A stretch of 64,000 bases of DNA from a virus. Positions 33,910 to 42,703 of the stretch are shown here, piece by piece (position 1 is the stretch's first letter; each line of letters begins with the position of its first letter). The DNA is taken from the IMG/VR virus record IMGVR_UViG_3300026532_000001; one strand, given 5' to 3'. A model generated the notes under the pieces. The model was not told where the DNA came from. It saw only the letters and a list, made by a program, of their open reading frames with translations, and did not search any database. The position numbers and the translations under genes are program-made.

Positions 33910-35424
33910 ATGGCGATAAACTTTCCAAACTGGATACGCACAAAGAAGCGGCGTTCCCGTGTAATAGAACGTCCATTCCAAGCGCCTACCTACCCCGCAG
34001 ACTCGCATACCTCAGAGATGTTCGAACGCAACGTGGGCATCATCAATCTGGAAGCCGCAACGAAGCGCAGTGCGAAAGTTCCACAGCCCAGGGGACCCAA
34101 GAACCTCTCCATGGCATGGGATGACACCTCGTTAGGACTGGGTAGTGTTCAGACGCGGGAGGGCTTCCTGGATGACAGGCAGAAGAAGGATACGTACTAT
34201 CAGGTGTACTGCGGGAACCAGTGGGTTTCAGGCTGTGTAGATACCACCGCAGAACGCATGATCTCCGGTGGGTGGGAGACTGTCGAGATTGAGCAAGGGA
34301 AAGGCAATGCTGCCAATGAAGCGAAAGTAAAAGCGTTATTTGACTTTGAAGATGTAGAAGAAGATTTCTTGCAGTTTTTTAACTCAATTGCAACTGATTT
34401 ACTTATTTTTGGTGAAGCCTTCTGCGAAATGGTCTACGGGCCTGATGGTCTTGTGAGAAACTTATATACTATTGACTCTATCACGATGAATACGCAATTT
34501 GACATGCATGGAGTGATCACAGGGTATACCCAACGCTTGGAGAAGAGTACCGATGTTGTGGATTTTGAACCTCGCGAGATTATCCGCTGGTGGCTACCAG
34601 ACCCACGTGCGAAGAAAAAAGCGCTATCCCCTATCGAGAAGCTCAAGGACCCGGTATTCCTGGATCGATCTATGGTTACCTGGGGTGAGAAGTTCTTTAG
34701 GCAAGGTGGCAAGCCGTCCTATTGGGTCGAGATGGGGCCTGACTCCAATGAAGACGATGCCGAACGATACCGTAAGTGGTACTCTGAAAACTATACTGGC
34801 ATACAGAACGCGCATATACCGCCTATCATGTATGGAGGTGGCAAGATCCATGAGTTTGGTACGGGCTCTATTGAGATAGATTTCGATAAGAGTCAGGACA
34901 AGCAGCGGGATAGGGCGCTGGTCGTCTATGGGGTGCCACCTGCTATGCTCGGTATTATTGAAAGCGGCAATATAGGCGGTGGTACGGGTGAGAGTCAGAA
35001 CAAGTCATTTATCTATAATAAAGTCTTCCCATTAGAAAACAAGATACTTGAAAAGCTAAATTATAGAGCAGTCAAAACGGGACTGAATGTAGAAGACTGG
35101 CGGGTCCAAACGCGTCACGCAGATTACCGACAGGATGTAGATATCGCTACTATTGAGGATAAATCAATCAGAAATGGTACTCTCACTATCAACGAAGCTA
35201 GACAAGAACGCGGACGTACCGATGTCCCGGGCGGCGACACACCTATTCTCATCTCTGCTACCACTATCACACCCGTATCTCATTTGGAGAGTCTAGAGCA
35301 AGAACAACAGCAGCAATCCGCTCAGGACGACCAGAATAATCCCGATGATCAACAAGGTGACCAATCGCCACAGAACAACCAACAGCCTCCTCATAAGGAT
35401 AAACAAGAGGAGGCTGAGCAGTGA
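33910..35424 (+). CDS. portal protein
   Basis: 504 aa, follows TerL, with an acidic/Q-rich C-terminus. Confidence 0.8.
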   Translation: MAINFPNWIRTKKRRSRVIERPFQAPTYPADSHTSEMFERNVGIINLEAATKRSAKVPQPRGPKNLSMAWDDTSLGLGSVQTREGFLDDRQKKDTYYQVYCGNQWVSGCVDTTAERMISGGWETVEIEQGKGNAANEAKVKALFDFEDVEEDFLQFFNSIATDLLIFGEAFCEMVYGPDGLVRNLYTIDSITMNTQFDMHGVITGYTQRLEKSTDVVDFEPREIIRWWLPDPRAKKKALSPIEKLKDPVFLDRSMVTWGEKFFRQGGKPSYWVEMGPDSNEDDAERYRKWYSENYTGIQNAHIPPIMYGGGKIHEFGTGSIEIDFDKSQDKQRDRALVVYGVPPAMLGIIESGNIGGGTGESQNKSFIYNKVFPLENKILEKLNYRAVKTGLNVEDWRVQTRHADYRQDVDIATIEDKSIRNGTLTINEARQERGRTDVPGGDTPILISATTITPVSHLESLEQEQQQQSAQDDQNNPDDQQGDQSPQNNQQPPHKDKQEEAEQ

Positions 35425-35426
35425 TT

Positions 35427-36419
35427 TTAGAGCAGGCGTCCTCCCTCGGGCCATTCCCAGGGGAATTTATTCCCTTTGCTGAGGTTGCAAGTAGGGCAAG
35501 TCAATACCAAGTAGTCAATACTGTTAGCAGGAATATCGCTGCCAGTAACTCTGCTGAGTGGAAAGGTGTGTTCGATGTGGTAGATATACTTGCCCCTAGT
35601 CTTCTGGAATTTAGCATGTCCACAAGCAGCATAATAGCATCTGCCTTTCTGCCGCTTCAGTTGCTCTTGGATTTGAGCACTGGTATGTTTGCCTTCGATG
35701 CCCTTTTTTCTTGCTCTGTAGGCATGGCCTATTGTTTGATACATTACCTTGTTCTGCTGGTAATGTCTCTTATGGCGATCCTTAGTGTATTCTTTGTGTG
35801 CTTGATAGTATCGTTTGCTTCGTTTAGAAACGTGGTCTTTGTTAATCTCATTGTACTCCTTACAGTACTCTTTGTGCTCTTCTTTATGTGTATCGTTCCA
35901 GATTTTTTGACGTGCAAGGCGCTTGCCTCTGATTGTGGGTCGCATGCTATACTCTTTGCCTCTTTTGCTCTTGCATCCCTTGCATTGATAGTCAAACCTT
36001 ATTTCTTGCGCTGCACTACGATGAAAAAACTCTTCAGTCAATGGGTAGATGCTCTTGCATGTAGGACATCGCCTGTGCCCTTCAGGGACATCTGTGGTTT
36101 TAGGAGGTCTGGCAAGGCACTTCTTGCAATAAGGGTACAATCCGTCACTCCTCCCTTTGGCTCTAGAGAAGAAATCTACAGTAGCAGGCTTGATTTCTTT
36201 ACATTTGCTGCATCGCTTATGACCTTCTGGTATAGCAATGTGGGGCTTTTCCTTATTTTCTTTGTTGGATATCATTACACAGCTTTTGCACTGAGTATTG
36301 AGCCCATCTTTTTGGCGTTTATGGGAGAAAAAATGTTCTTTGGTAGCAGGAAAGAATTGGTTACATTTCCTGCATTGCTTGAGGGGAACATTGACGTTCT
36401 GGGGTACAATATCACTCAT
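35427..36419 (-). CDS. free-standing HNH homing endonuclease with four tandem Zn-ribbon modules
   Basis: Repeats of the form KxCxKCxxxxPxxxxxFxxxxxxxDGLxxxCKxC. HNH core YHIEHTFPLSR...CPTCNLSKGNK. Own promoter. Antisense to the late operon. Confidence 0.85.
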   Translation of the reverse strand: MSDIVPQNVNVPLKQCRKCNQFFPATKEHFFSHKRQKDGLNTQCKSCVMISNKENKEKPHIAIPEGHKRCSKCKEIKPATVDFFSRAKGRSDGLYPYCKKCLARPPKTTDVPEGHRRCPTCKSIYPLTEEFFHRSAAQEIRFDYQCKGCKSKRGKEYSMRPTIRGKRLARQKIWNDTHKEEHKEYCKEYNEINKDHVSKRSKRYYQAHKEYTKDRHKRHYQQNKVMYQTIGHAYRARKKGIEGKHTSAQIQEQLKRQKGRCYYAACGHAKFQKTRGKYIYHIEHTFPLSRVTGSDIPANSIDYLVLTCPTCNLSKGNKFPWEWPEGGRLL

Positions 36420-36499
36420 GGAAAGGCTAACTCCTTTTCATCACGCCTCCAGATGTTGACTGCATCGTGGGGGCAAAAACATGTTCAATTTATGAGATT

Positions 36500-36508
36500 A
36501 TTATACCA
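36500..36508 (-). promoter_or_regulatory. extended -10 TGGTATAAT for HNH 35427..36419
   Basis: Minus strand TGGTATAAT. Followed by a 5'-UTR hairpin (36445-36474) and GGCGTGATGA (36438-36447). Confidence 0.55.
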
Positions 36509-36532
36509 TAAATTGGCTTGGAGGGCTAGCCT

Positions 36533-36727
36533 GTGAATAATCCTAACGAGCATCAGAAAGTACGTTGCAGGAACAACCATACTATCCTGCATTATGATGC
36601 ACAAGGGTTGCATCTCCGTTGTAGGCATTGTAAGACAATCGAGATAAAACCCTGGGCAGAAGTATTGCAGATGTACACATCCATTGCATCTTCACCAGAA
36701 TTTGATGCTCGTATCTTGCATTCCTAA
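36533..36727 (+). CDS. small zinc-ribbon protein (Com-like layout)
   Basis: VRCRNNH...LRCRHCK. The GTG start overlaps the stop of the + strand bridging ORF. Confidence 0.4.
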   Translation: MNNPNEHQKVRCRNNHTILHYDAQGLHLRCRHCKTIEIKPWAEVLQMYTSIASSPEFDARILHS

Positions 36728-36747
36728 TTGCTTCTCAAGCCGATTTA

Positions 36748-36756
36748 TGGTATACT
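36748..36756 (+). promoter_or_regulatory. extended -10 TGGTATACT for the EndoVII gene
   Basis: Followed by a hairpin (36776-36804) and GGCGTGATGA (36802-36811), 18 nt before ATG 36830. Confidence 0.55.
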
Positions 36757-36829
36757 AAGCTCATAAATATTGTGTGCCCCGGCGTTGCTGAAACAACCCG
36801 AGGCGTGATGACAGAAAGGAACTTCCGTC

Positions 36830-37429
36830 ATGAGTATCAGTATACCATCTTCAAAAATATGCATCCATTGCCACCAAGAAAAGTCCCCCGATGATTTCTA
36901 CTATCCCTACAAAAATGTCTGCAAGCAATGTAATCTGGCCTATCAAAAAAGAGAGAGGCAAAGAATAAAGCTTCAGCAGCAGTCATTTCCACCTCCTGAT
37001 GTTAATCAGACAAAACAGTGCAGAGCATGCAAAGAGATCAAAAATGTTGAGGCCTTTAAAAAGGATAAAGGGACGCGTGGGGGGTACATATCTCTTTGTA
37101 AGGCGTGTCATGTTAAGGAAGAGTATAAGAGGTCAACGACGAACCCCAATAGAACGCCCTCACGTCGATGGAAAAAGATAAATTTTACATACAAGGAGTA
37201 CTGCCGAATGCTAGAAGAGCAAGGCGGTGTGTGTGCTATCTGTAAACAGTCGGAAACTATTGTCAATCGTGCTCATAATACGCCTCTTCAGCTTGCAGTT
37301 GATCACAATCACGATACCGGACAGGTTCGCTCATTACTTTGCAGTGCCTGTAATTTAGCTGTAGAGAGAGTAGAAAGAGATATAGAGTATCATAAAAGCT
37401 TGCTTGCATACCTGGAACTTCACTCATGA
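36830..37429 (+). CDS. Zn-ribbon / endonuclease VII-family homing endonuclease
   Basis: Two Zn-ribbon modules like the HNH paralogs. The C-terminus QGGVCAICKQ...LAVDHNHDTGQVRSLLCSACNLAVE is EndoVII type. Confidence 0.8.
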   Translation: MSISIPSSKICIHCHQEKSPDDFYYPYKNVCKQCNLAYQKRERQRIKLQQQSFPPPDVNQTKQCRACKEIKNVEAFKKDKGTRGGYISLCKACHVKEEYKRSTTNPNRTPSRRWKKINFTYKEYCRMLEEQGGVCAICKQSETIVNRAHNTPLQLAVDHNHDTGQVRSLLCSACNLAVERVERDIEYHKSLLAYLELHS

Positions 37430-37552
37430 TGGATACACAGCGCGTTGACAGGATAGCAGAATACATGCTATCCTTATTCTATATTCGATTGAAATAAAGA
37501 GCTTTAGTCCAGAGAGACATAGGCCCATACCGAAGAGGTAAGGGCCTATTTT

Positions 37553-38980
37553 ATGATTGAAACGAAATGGACACAAGCAGCAAGAGATGCATATTATGCT
37601 GAGCATCCTGAGAACTTTGCTGACCCTAAGAATAAAGCGTACCCCATAAAAGATGCGAACGACGTAAAAGACGCGTGGAACCTTGCTGGTCATGCTGCTA
37701 ATCCTGATGCTGTACGCTCCAAGATCAAGAGTATCGCCGCACGCCTGGGGCTTACCTCTGCCCTTCCTGACACCGCCAAGGATGGCAAGAAAGAGGCGTC
37801 ATCTGAGGCGACAAACCGCATAGCACGCGTCAAATCCGTTTTCTTGGAGGATGACACCACCTCTCTGAATGGCAGAAAGTACCCTGCACAGACTGTCAAT
37901 CGTCTCATCCAGGCTGCTCAAGTCCAACTCTCCGATCCCAACGCCCTTCCTCTCACGGTCTACCTTTCCCATAATGCTGCATTCGATGATGCTACTCAGG
38001 AGATTGTCGGCAAGGTTGCAGCTATCGGCAAGGAAGGTACCCAAGCTTTTGCGCTTATCGATGTACCCGATACGCAGGCAGGCCGTGAAGTGGTCAATCT
38101 GGTCAAAGGTGGCTACATCAAGTCGCAGAGCCTACGAGCCGTCAATGCTGAAATGTACATCGACCAGAACGAGCCATATCCCCTAGTTGGCGGCGAAAAT
38201 ATCCGCCTCACTGGCATTGATTTCACCTCATCCCCAGGCATACCTAATGCACGCGTTGAATACGTCTCCGAATCATCTGAATTTAAAGAACCTCAAAATA
38301 TACGCGAAATCTTCCATACTTCTAAAGATACTTTACTTATTGAGGAACTATCTACTACACATCAGGAGAGCAAGGATATTCCTGCATCTCCAGAAACAAA
38401 GGAGCCATTAATGACAGAAGAAGAAAAAGCTCAGCTCCTGAAGGAGTTCAGGGAGACTCTCCTGGCTGAACAGCAAGCTCAGCAGAAGGAAACTGAGAAG
38501 CAGCAAGATCCGCCTAAGCCTACTGCTGAAGATGCATTGAAGCTCTTGCAAGAGGCTGGCTACACCGTCCAAGCACCAAAGACGCAAGAGCAACTTATGC
38601 AGGAAGCTCTTGATGCGAAGCTCTCTTCCATGCAAACCTCGGTTGAGCAGAAGCTTACCGAAATGCAATCTGTCTTTGAGCAGAAGGCTGTTGAAATGCA
38701 ACAGAAGTTCAATCCTCGCTTCATTCCACAGCGCAAGAGTATGGTAGAAGGCTCAAATGCTGATGAGAAACCAGCAAAGAAGAACTACTATCGCAATGGG
38801 GATTATATGCGTGAGAAGATGAGAGATGTGAATGCACGTCTTGAGCTGATGGATCGCTCTCGGCCTAAGCCAGAGTGGTACAACGCCGAGCGGTTCTTGA
38901 AAGAACTTGAAATTGAGCTGATGGGATGGATGGATGCACAACATAGTTTTGATAATAAGTTAGAAGTAGGAGAGGTATAA
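37553..38980 (+). CDS. prohead protease (HK97 S78-like) fused to a coiled-coil scaffold
   Basis: YLSHNAAFDDATQEIVGKV...GYIKSQSLRA (His/Ser spacing as in S78). C-terminal E/Q/K-rich coiled coil. Lies directly upstream of the capsid gene. Confidence 0.6.
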   Translation: MIETKWTQAARDAYYAEHPENFADPKNKAYPIKDANDVKDAWNLAGHAANPDAVRSKIKSIAARLGLTSALPDTAKDGKKEASSEATNRIARVKSVFLEDDTTSLNGRKYPAQTVNRLIQAAQVQLSDPNALPLTVYLSHNAAFDDATQEIVGKVAAIGKEGTQAFALIDVPDTQAGREVVNLVKGGYIKSQSLRAVNAEMYIDQNEPYPLVGGENIRLTGIDFTSSPGIPNARVEYVSESSEFKEPQNIREIFHTSKDTLLIEELSTTHQESKDIPASPETKEPLMTEEEKAQLLKEFRETLLAEQQAQQKETEKQQDPPKPTAEDALKLLQEAGYTVQAPKTQEQLMQEALDAKLSSMQTSVEQKLTEMQSVFEQKAVEMQQKFNPRFIPQRKSMVEGSNADEKPAKKNYYRNGDYMREKMRDVNARLELMDRSRPKPEWYNAERFLKELEIELMGWMDAQHSFDNKLEVGEV

Positions 38981-38981
38981 C

Positions 38982-40418
38982 ATGCCCGCTAGTCTAAGAG
39001 AGATAAGAGAGAGCTTTTCGCTTTCTTCAACAGGTGGCTCCCTCAATCTTATCCTGAAACAAATCGACAGCACGCTCACTGAGTTGCAACGCAAGTGGGG
39101 ACCGCTAGGCAGAGCTATCCCGCGTCAGACGTGGGAGACTGACATCTTTTACTTCAACACAAGGTCAGCACTTCCCCAGCCACAGCACTCGCTAGAAGCA
39201 CCTCCGAACTCCGGAGTGGGCTCGGTAGCAGCAAGCAACTCGACCTACAAGCAGGGACAATTTCCAATCAAGCATACCGAGTCCATTGGCGACTTGTCCA
39301 AATTCATGGTACAGGTCGCACGTGCCAACGGGAACCTGTTCGACCTGGAGCTTGGGGCTCATGCCAAAGCGATGACGTGGCTGGAGGAAACCACGCACAT
39401 ATATGGCTCAGCTCAGGCCACACTCAATACGAAGCGCCCTCAGTGGGATGGGATCGATATGATGGTTGCCAATGCCAATAAGATCGACGCCGGGACTCAA
39501 CTTCTCGCATTTCAGATGATGGACAACGCCATTGACGCCGTTCGCGGTCGATATGCTCAAGAGCTTGGCATGGACTACTTCTGGATGATGTCCCCAAAGA
39601 TGCAATCTTACATCAACGGGTTGCACGTCCAGAACGCGCGTTACAATCAAGTGATGAAGCGCATGTTCTTGCGTGATGACTATGGTGATCCGAGTGCACC
39701 TGTAGCAGATAATGCTATAGATGCAGGCGTTGAGGTTGAGTCGTATCGCAATATCCCCATCATCATTTCAAGTTTCATGGGCAATCAGGGCACCATGGGA
39801 ACCATTAGCACAACTGGCAATACAGGGACTGGCTCCTCACTTGCTACCAGTCCTTACTACTACCGGGTGGAAGCGGTTACACGATATGGCTTGATGGCGG
39901 CCTCTGCTGAAGCTTCCCAAACGCCAGGAAGCGGGAATAACATTGTCTTGAGTTGGACAACACCAGCTCCAACGGACGCCGACGGCAATGTGATCGACAT
40001 CCTTGGCTACCGCATATTCCGCAGTACGGTAAGTGGCGCAGAGAGCCTGTATGCGCTGGTCGCAGCCTATGACATCAATGACGCTGCGGTAACCTCCTTC
40101 ACTGATACCGGGCTCATCCAAAACCCAGCAGTCACCAGTACGCTCTATTGGGCTACCGTTGCCTCCTCTGGTGCCAATGCCATTTCTGATGGCGTGACCT
40201 TCCCTCGTGTCCAGACTGGCACCCAGGTCACTGAGGATATCTACCTCATCCCACGTGATCCGGACATTCTCGTTTGCCCAGAAGTCAACCCGATTCAGAC
40301 CGAGCTTCTCGCTGTCATCAATGCCAGATCGCGTCAATTTGCCTTGAATGCTGATAAGACGCTGGCGCTACGAGCACCTGCGTTTGCTGCAAAAATTGGA
40401 AGAGTGAGGGCCGCATAA
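38982..40418 (+). CDS. major capsid protein with an inserted FN3/Ig-like domain
   Basis: Position after protease-scaffold and size (478 aa). The insertion YYYRVEAVTRYG...LSWTTPAPTDADGN...GYRIFRS spans nt 39855-40075. Confidence 0.7.
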   Translation: MPASLREIRESFSLSSTGGSLNLILKQIDSTLTELQRKWGPLGRAIPRQTWETDIFYFNTRSALPQPQHSLEAPPNSGVGSVAASNSTYKQGQFPIKHTESIGDLSKFMVQVARANGNLFDLELGAHAKAMTWLEETTHIYGSAQATLNTKRPQWDGIDMMVANANKIDAGTQLLAFQMMDNAIDAVRGRYAQELGMDYFWMMSPKMQSYINGLHVQNARYNQVMKRMFLRDDYGDPSAPVADNAIDAGVEVESYRNIPIIISSFMGNQGTMGTISTTGNTGTGSSLATSPYYYRVEAVTRYGLMAASAEASQTPGSGNNIVLSWTTPAPTDADGNVIDILGYRIFRSTVSGAESLYALVAAYDINDAAVTSFTDTGLIQNPAVTSTLYWATVASSGANAISDGVTFPRVQTGTQVTEDIYLIPRDPDILVCPEVNPIQTELLAVINARSRQFALNADKTLALRAPAFAAKIGRVRAA

Positions 40419-40690
40419 TGTCAATTCTCATGTACCACGAACAGAATAGCGATGGGCATGTTGCTCTTAATGAAAAGATCATAGCAGGAGTGCACACGCC
40501 TGTAAGGAACTACCAGCAGAAAGGTCATTTTCTGGAGATAGATCCACCTGCTCATGCCAGAGAGCATGATGTTGAAGAGCTTCAAAAGTTGGGGCATCGT
40601 CTCGCCTCGCCAACTGAGCAGAATGCATATATGAAGCAGGAAAGAGGCAATCTTAGGGAACGGAAAACGCCAGGATCATTGGAGGAATAG
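40418..40690 (+). CDS. hypothetical head-module protein
   Basis: 90 aa; start overlaps the capsid stop. Confidence 0.45.
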   Translation: MSILMYHEQNSDGHVALNEKIIAGVHTPVRNYQQKGHFLEIDPPAHAREHDVEELQKLGHRLASPTEQNAYMKQERGNLRERKTPGSLEE

Positions 40691-41263
40691 ATGCCAGTAC
40701 AACAGCTTGATACCAATTATCGAACCATAGGCGGGCCAACTGATGGACAAAAAGCAACGTATTCTGTCGCAAAGGTTGGGCTGGTGCCTGCAAACAGTGC
40801 AACCGATATCTTCACAATCACAGCAGGCGGGCTACTTGTCAGAGTTACCCGTATCGAGATCGTAGGCACGAGCACGGCTGCTACTGCTGCTGCTCTTGAT
40901 GTACTATTGCTCAAGAGGAGTACTGCAAATACAGGAGGTACCTCAAAAGGTAGTCCCACATCTGTAGCCCATGACAGCCAGAATGCACCTCCCAGTGCTA
41001 CGGTACTCGCCTACACTGCTAATCCATCGGCCTTGGGAACACTTGTTGGCACTGCCATTCGTAACCAGAAGCTCATGCTGGCGCTTGCCACCTACACTGC
41101 TACGGATTTCCCGCCAATGGATCGGGTGAACTGGGAATTTGGCAACCGACCAGCACAGGCGCTTGTCCTGCGACCTGGAGAGGTCCTTGCAATCAACTTG
41201 AATGGCGTCACACCTACGGCAACCGCGTCCCTGAATGTTGCAGCGGAATTTTCCGAGGAGTAA
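40691..41263 (+). CDS. hypothetical beta-rich structural protein
   Basis: 190 aa with T/A/S/G-rich composition, located in the head module. Confidence 0.45.
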   Translation: MPVQQLDTNYRTIGGPTDGQKATYSVAKVGLVPANSATDIFTITAGGLLVRVTRIEIVGTSTAATAAALDVLLLKRSTANTGGTSKGSPTSVAHDSQNAPPSATVLAYTANPSALGTLVGTAIRNQKLMLALATYTATDFPPMDRVNWEFGNRPAQALVLRPGEVLAINLNGVTPTATASLNVAAEFSEE

Positions 41264-41357
41264 AGTAGAAGAAGCGTGAGAGGAAGTATAAGAAAGGAGG
41301 TGTGCTACGCCATACAGATTATCAATTGCATGCTGGCATAACTTGCTGTCTTTTAGG

Positions 41358-42554
41358 TTAGAGGAGACGTCCACCTTCTGGAAATTCCCAAGGGCACTTG
41401 TTTCCTTTGCTTTGATTGCAGTGAGGGCAAGTGAGAACAAGGTGAGAAATCTCATTACGAGGTTGAAGGTCTGTTCGTGTGATAGGGATGGTATGGTCAA
41501 CGTGATAAACGTATTTCCCTTTGATCCTCTTGATCTTGGATCTGCAATAGTAGCAATAGTAACGTTGCCTCTTCAACTGCTCTCGAATCTGTGCAGGGGT
41601 ATGAGAGCCTGGAATGTTTTTAATACGAGCCCGACGATTGCGCGTGTAAATCCTAAGGTACTCTATGTACCATTCTTTGTGTGCTTGTCTATACTCCTTG
41701 CTATATTGCAGGCGCTTACCCTTATTGGCTGCATAATACATCTTTTGACGTTTGAGTATATCTTCCTTATGCAAGGCATAATGCTGTCGTTTCTTCTCTA
41801 TGATCCATTCTCTGTTTTTATGCCAGTACTGTCTATCTCTTTGGGCTATACGTTCTCTCAGCAAGGGACGCCGCTCTCTTCGTCTTTGGTTTACTGCTTC
41901 TCTGTTTTGTTGCAAGTATTGTCTCTTTTCGTTTTGAGTACAAGCTTTGCATCGAGAGTACAATCCATCTTTAGAAGTTTTGCGTGCTCCAAAGTATTCA
42001 CTAGTAGATGGCTTAATTTCTCGGCAACTCGAGCAGCGTTTTTGTCCTTCTGGAAGTTTCTCTATGGGCTTTCTTTTGAGCCTTCTCCTGTTACGGGTAT
42101 ATTCGTTTGCGCATTTTTTGCATCGAGACATAACTCCGTAAGCATACTCCTTGGCAGGATAAAAGAACTCGGTGGTTGCTGGAAGAATTTCTTGGCATTT
42201 AGAACACTGTCTATGTCCTTCAGGGATAGGATTAGGATTGGGCTGTTTCTTGCTTTCGCTATAAGCTCTACAGCAGATTTTGCACCAGGAATGCAGTCCA
42301 CTTTTTTCCGTTCTACATGCATGAAAGTGTTGCATAGTGGCTGGTTTAACCTCTGTGCAATTTGGACAACGTTTGTATCCATCGGGCACAACAGGAGTTT
42401 TCCTTGGTTGAGGTTTCTTCCGCGCTTTGCAACATTTCTTGCAAAGCGTCCTGAGGTGATCTTGTTTGCTCCTATCGGATTGAAAGTACTCAAGGGTGGC
42501 AGGATATTCTTGTTTGCACCCGTTGCAGCGTTTCTGTGGTATAGTATCACTCAT
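41358..42554 (-). CDS. free-standing HNH homing endonuclease with five or six tandem Zn-ribbon modules
   Basis: Same repeat architecture as 35427..36419. HNH core YHVDHTIPITR...CPHCNQSKGNK. Confidence 0.85.
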   Translation of the reverse strand: MSDTIPQKRCNGCKQEYPATLEYFQSDRSKQDHLRTLCKKCCKARKKPQPRKTPVVPDGYKRCPNCTEVKPATMQHFHACRTEKSGLHSWCKICCRAYSESKKQPNPNPIPEGHRQCSKCQEILPATTEFFYPAKEYAYGVMSRCKKCANEYTRNRRRLKRKPIEKLPEGQKRCSSCREIKPSTSEYFGARKTSKDGLYSRCKACTQNEKRQYLQQNREAVNQRRRERRPLLRERIAQRDRQYWHKNREWIIEKKRQHYALHKEDILKRQKMYYAANKGKRLQYSKEYRQAHKEWYIEYLRIYTRNRRARIKNIPGSHTPAQIREQLKRQRYYCYYCRSKIKRIKGKYVYHVDHTIPITRTDLQPRNEISHLVLTCPHCNQSKGNKCPWEFPEGGRLL

Positions 42555-42636
42555 GGTACGTCTCCTTTAAGTTGCGTATCATCACGCCAGCGGTTGTTAG
42601 AGCAACGCGCTGGCAAACCCATATTTAGATGGGTTA

Positions 42637-42645
42637 ATTATACCA
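42637..42645 (-). promoter_or_regulatory. extended -10 TGGTATAAT for HNH 41358..42554
   Basis: Followed by a 5'-UTR hairpin (42586-42614) and GGCGTGATGA (42579-42588). Confidence 0.55.
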
Positions 42646-42703
42646 CAAAGCCGCCTCCAATGCCAGTTTACAGGGAGGAGGTGGTACTATCCCTCGCTTC
42701 TAC

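Noticed and set aside
35421-36536. The long + strand ORFs over the three HNH genes (also 41343..42707 and 55636..56808) read as genuine membrane or structural proteins.
   Set aside because: Their L/F/S/V/C-rich sequences are the codon-by-codon mirror of K/E/R-rich nuclease genes that have clear HNH and Zn-ribbon motifs. They are reported instead as probable translated bridging frames, not as functional proteins.
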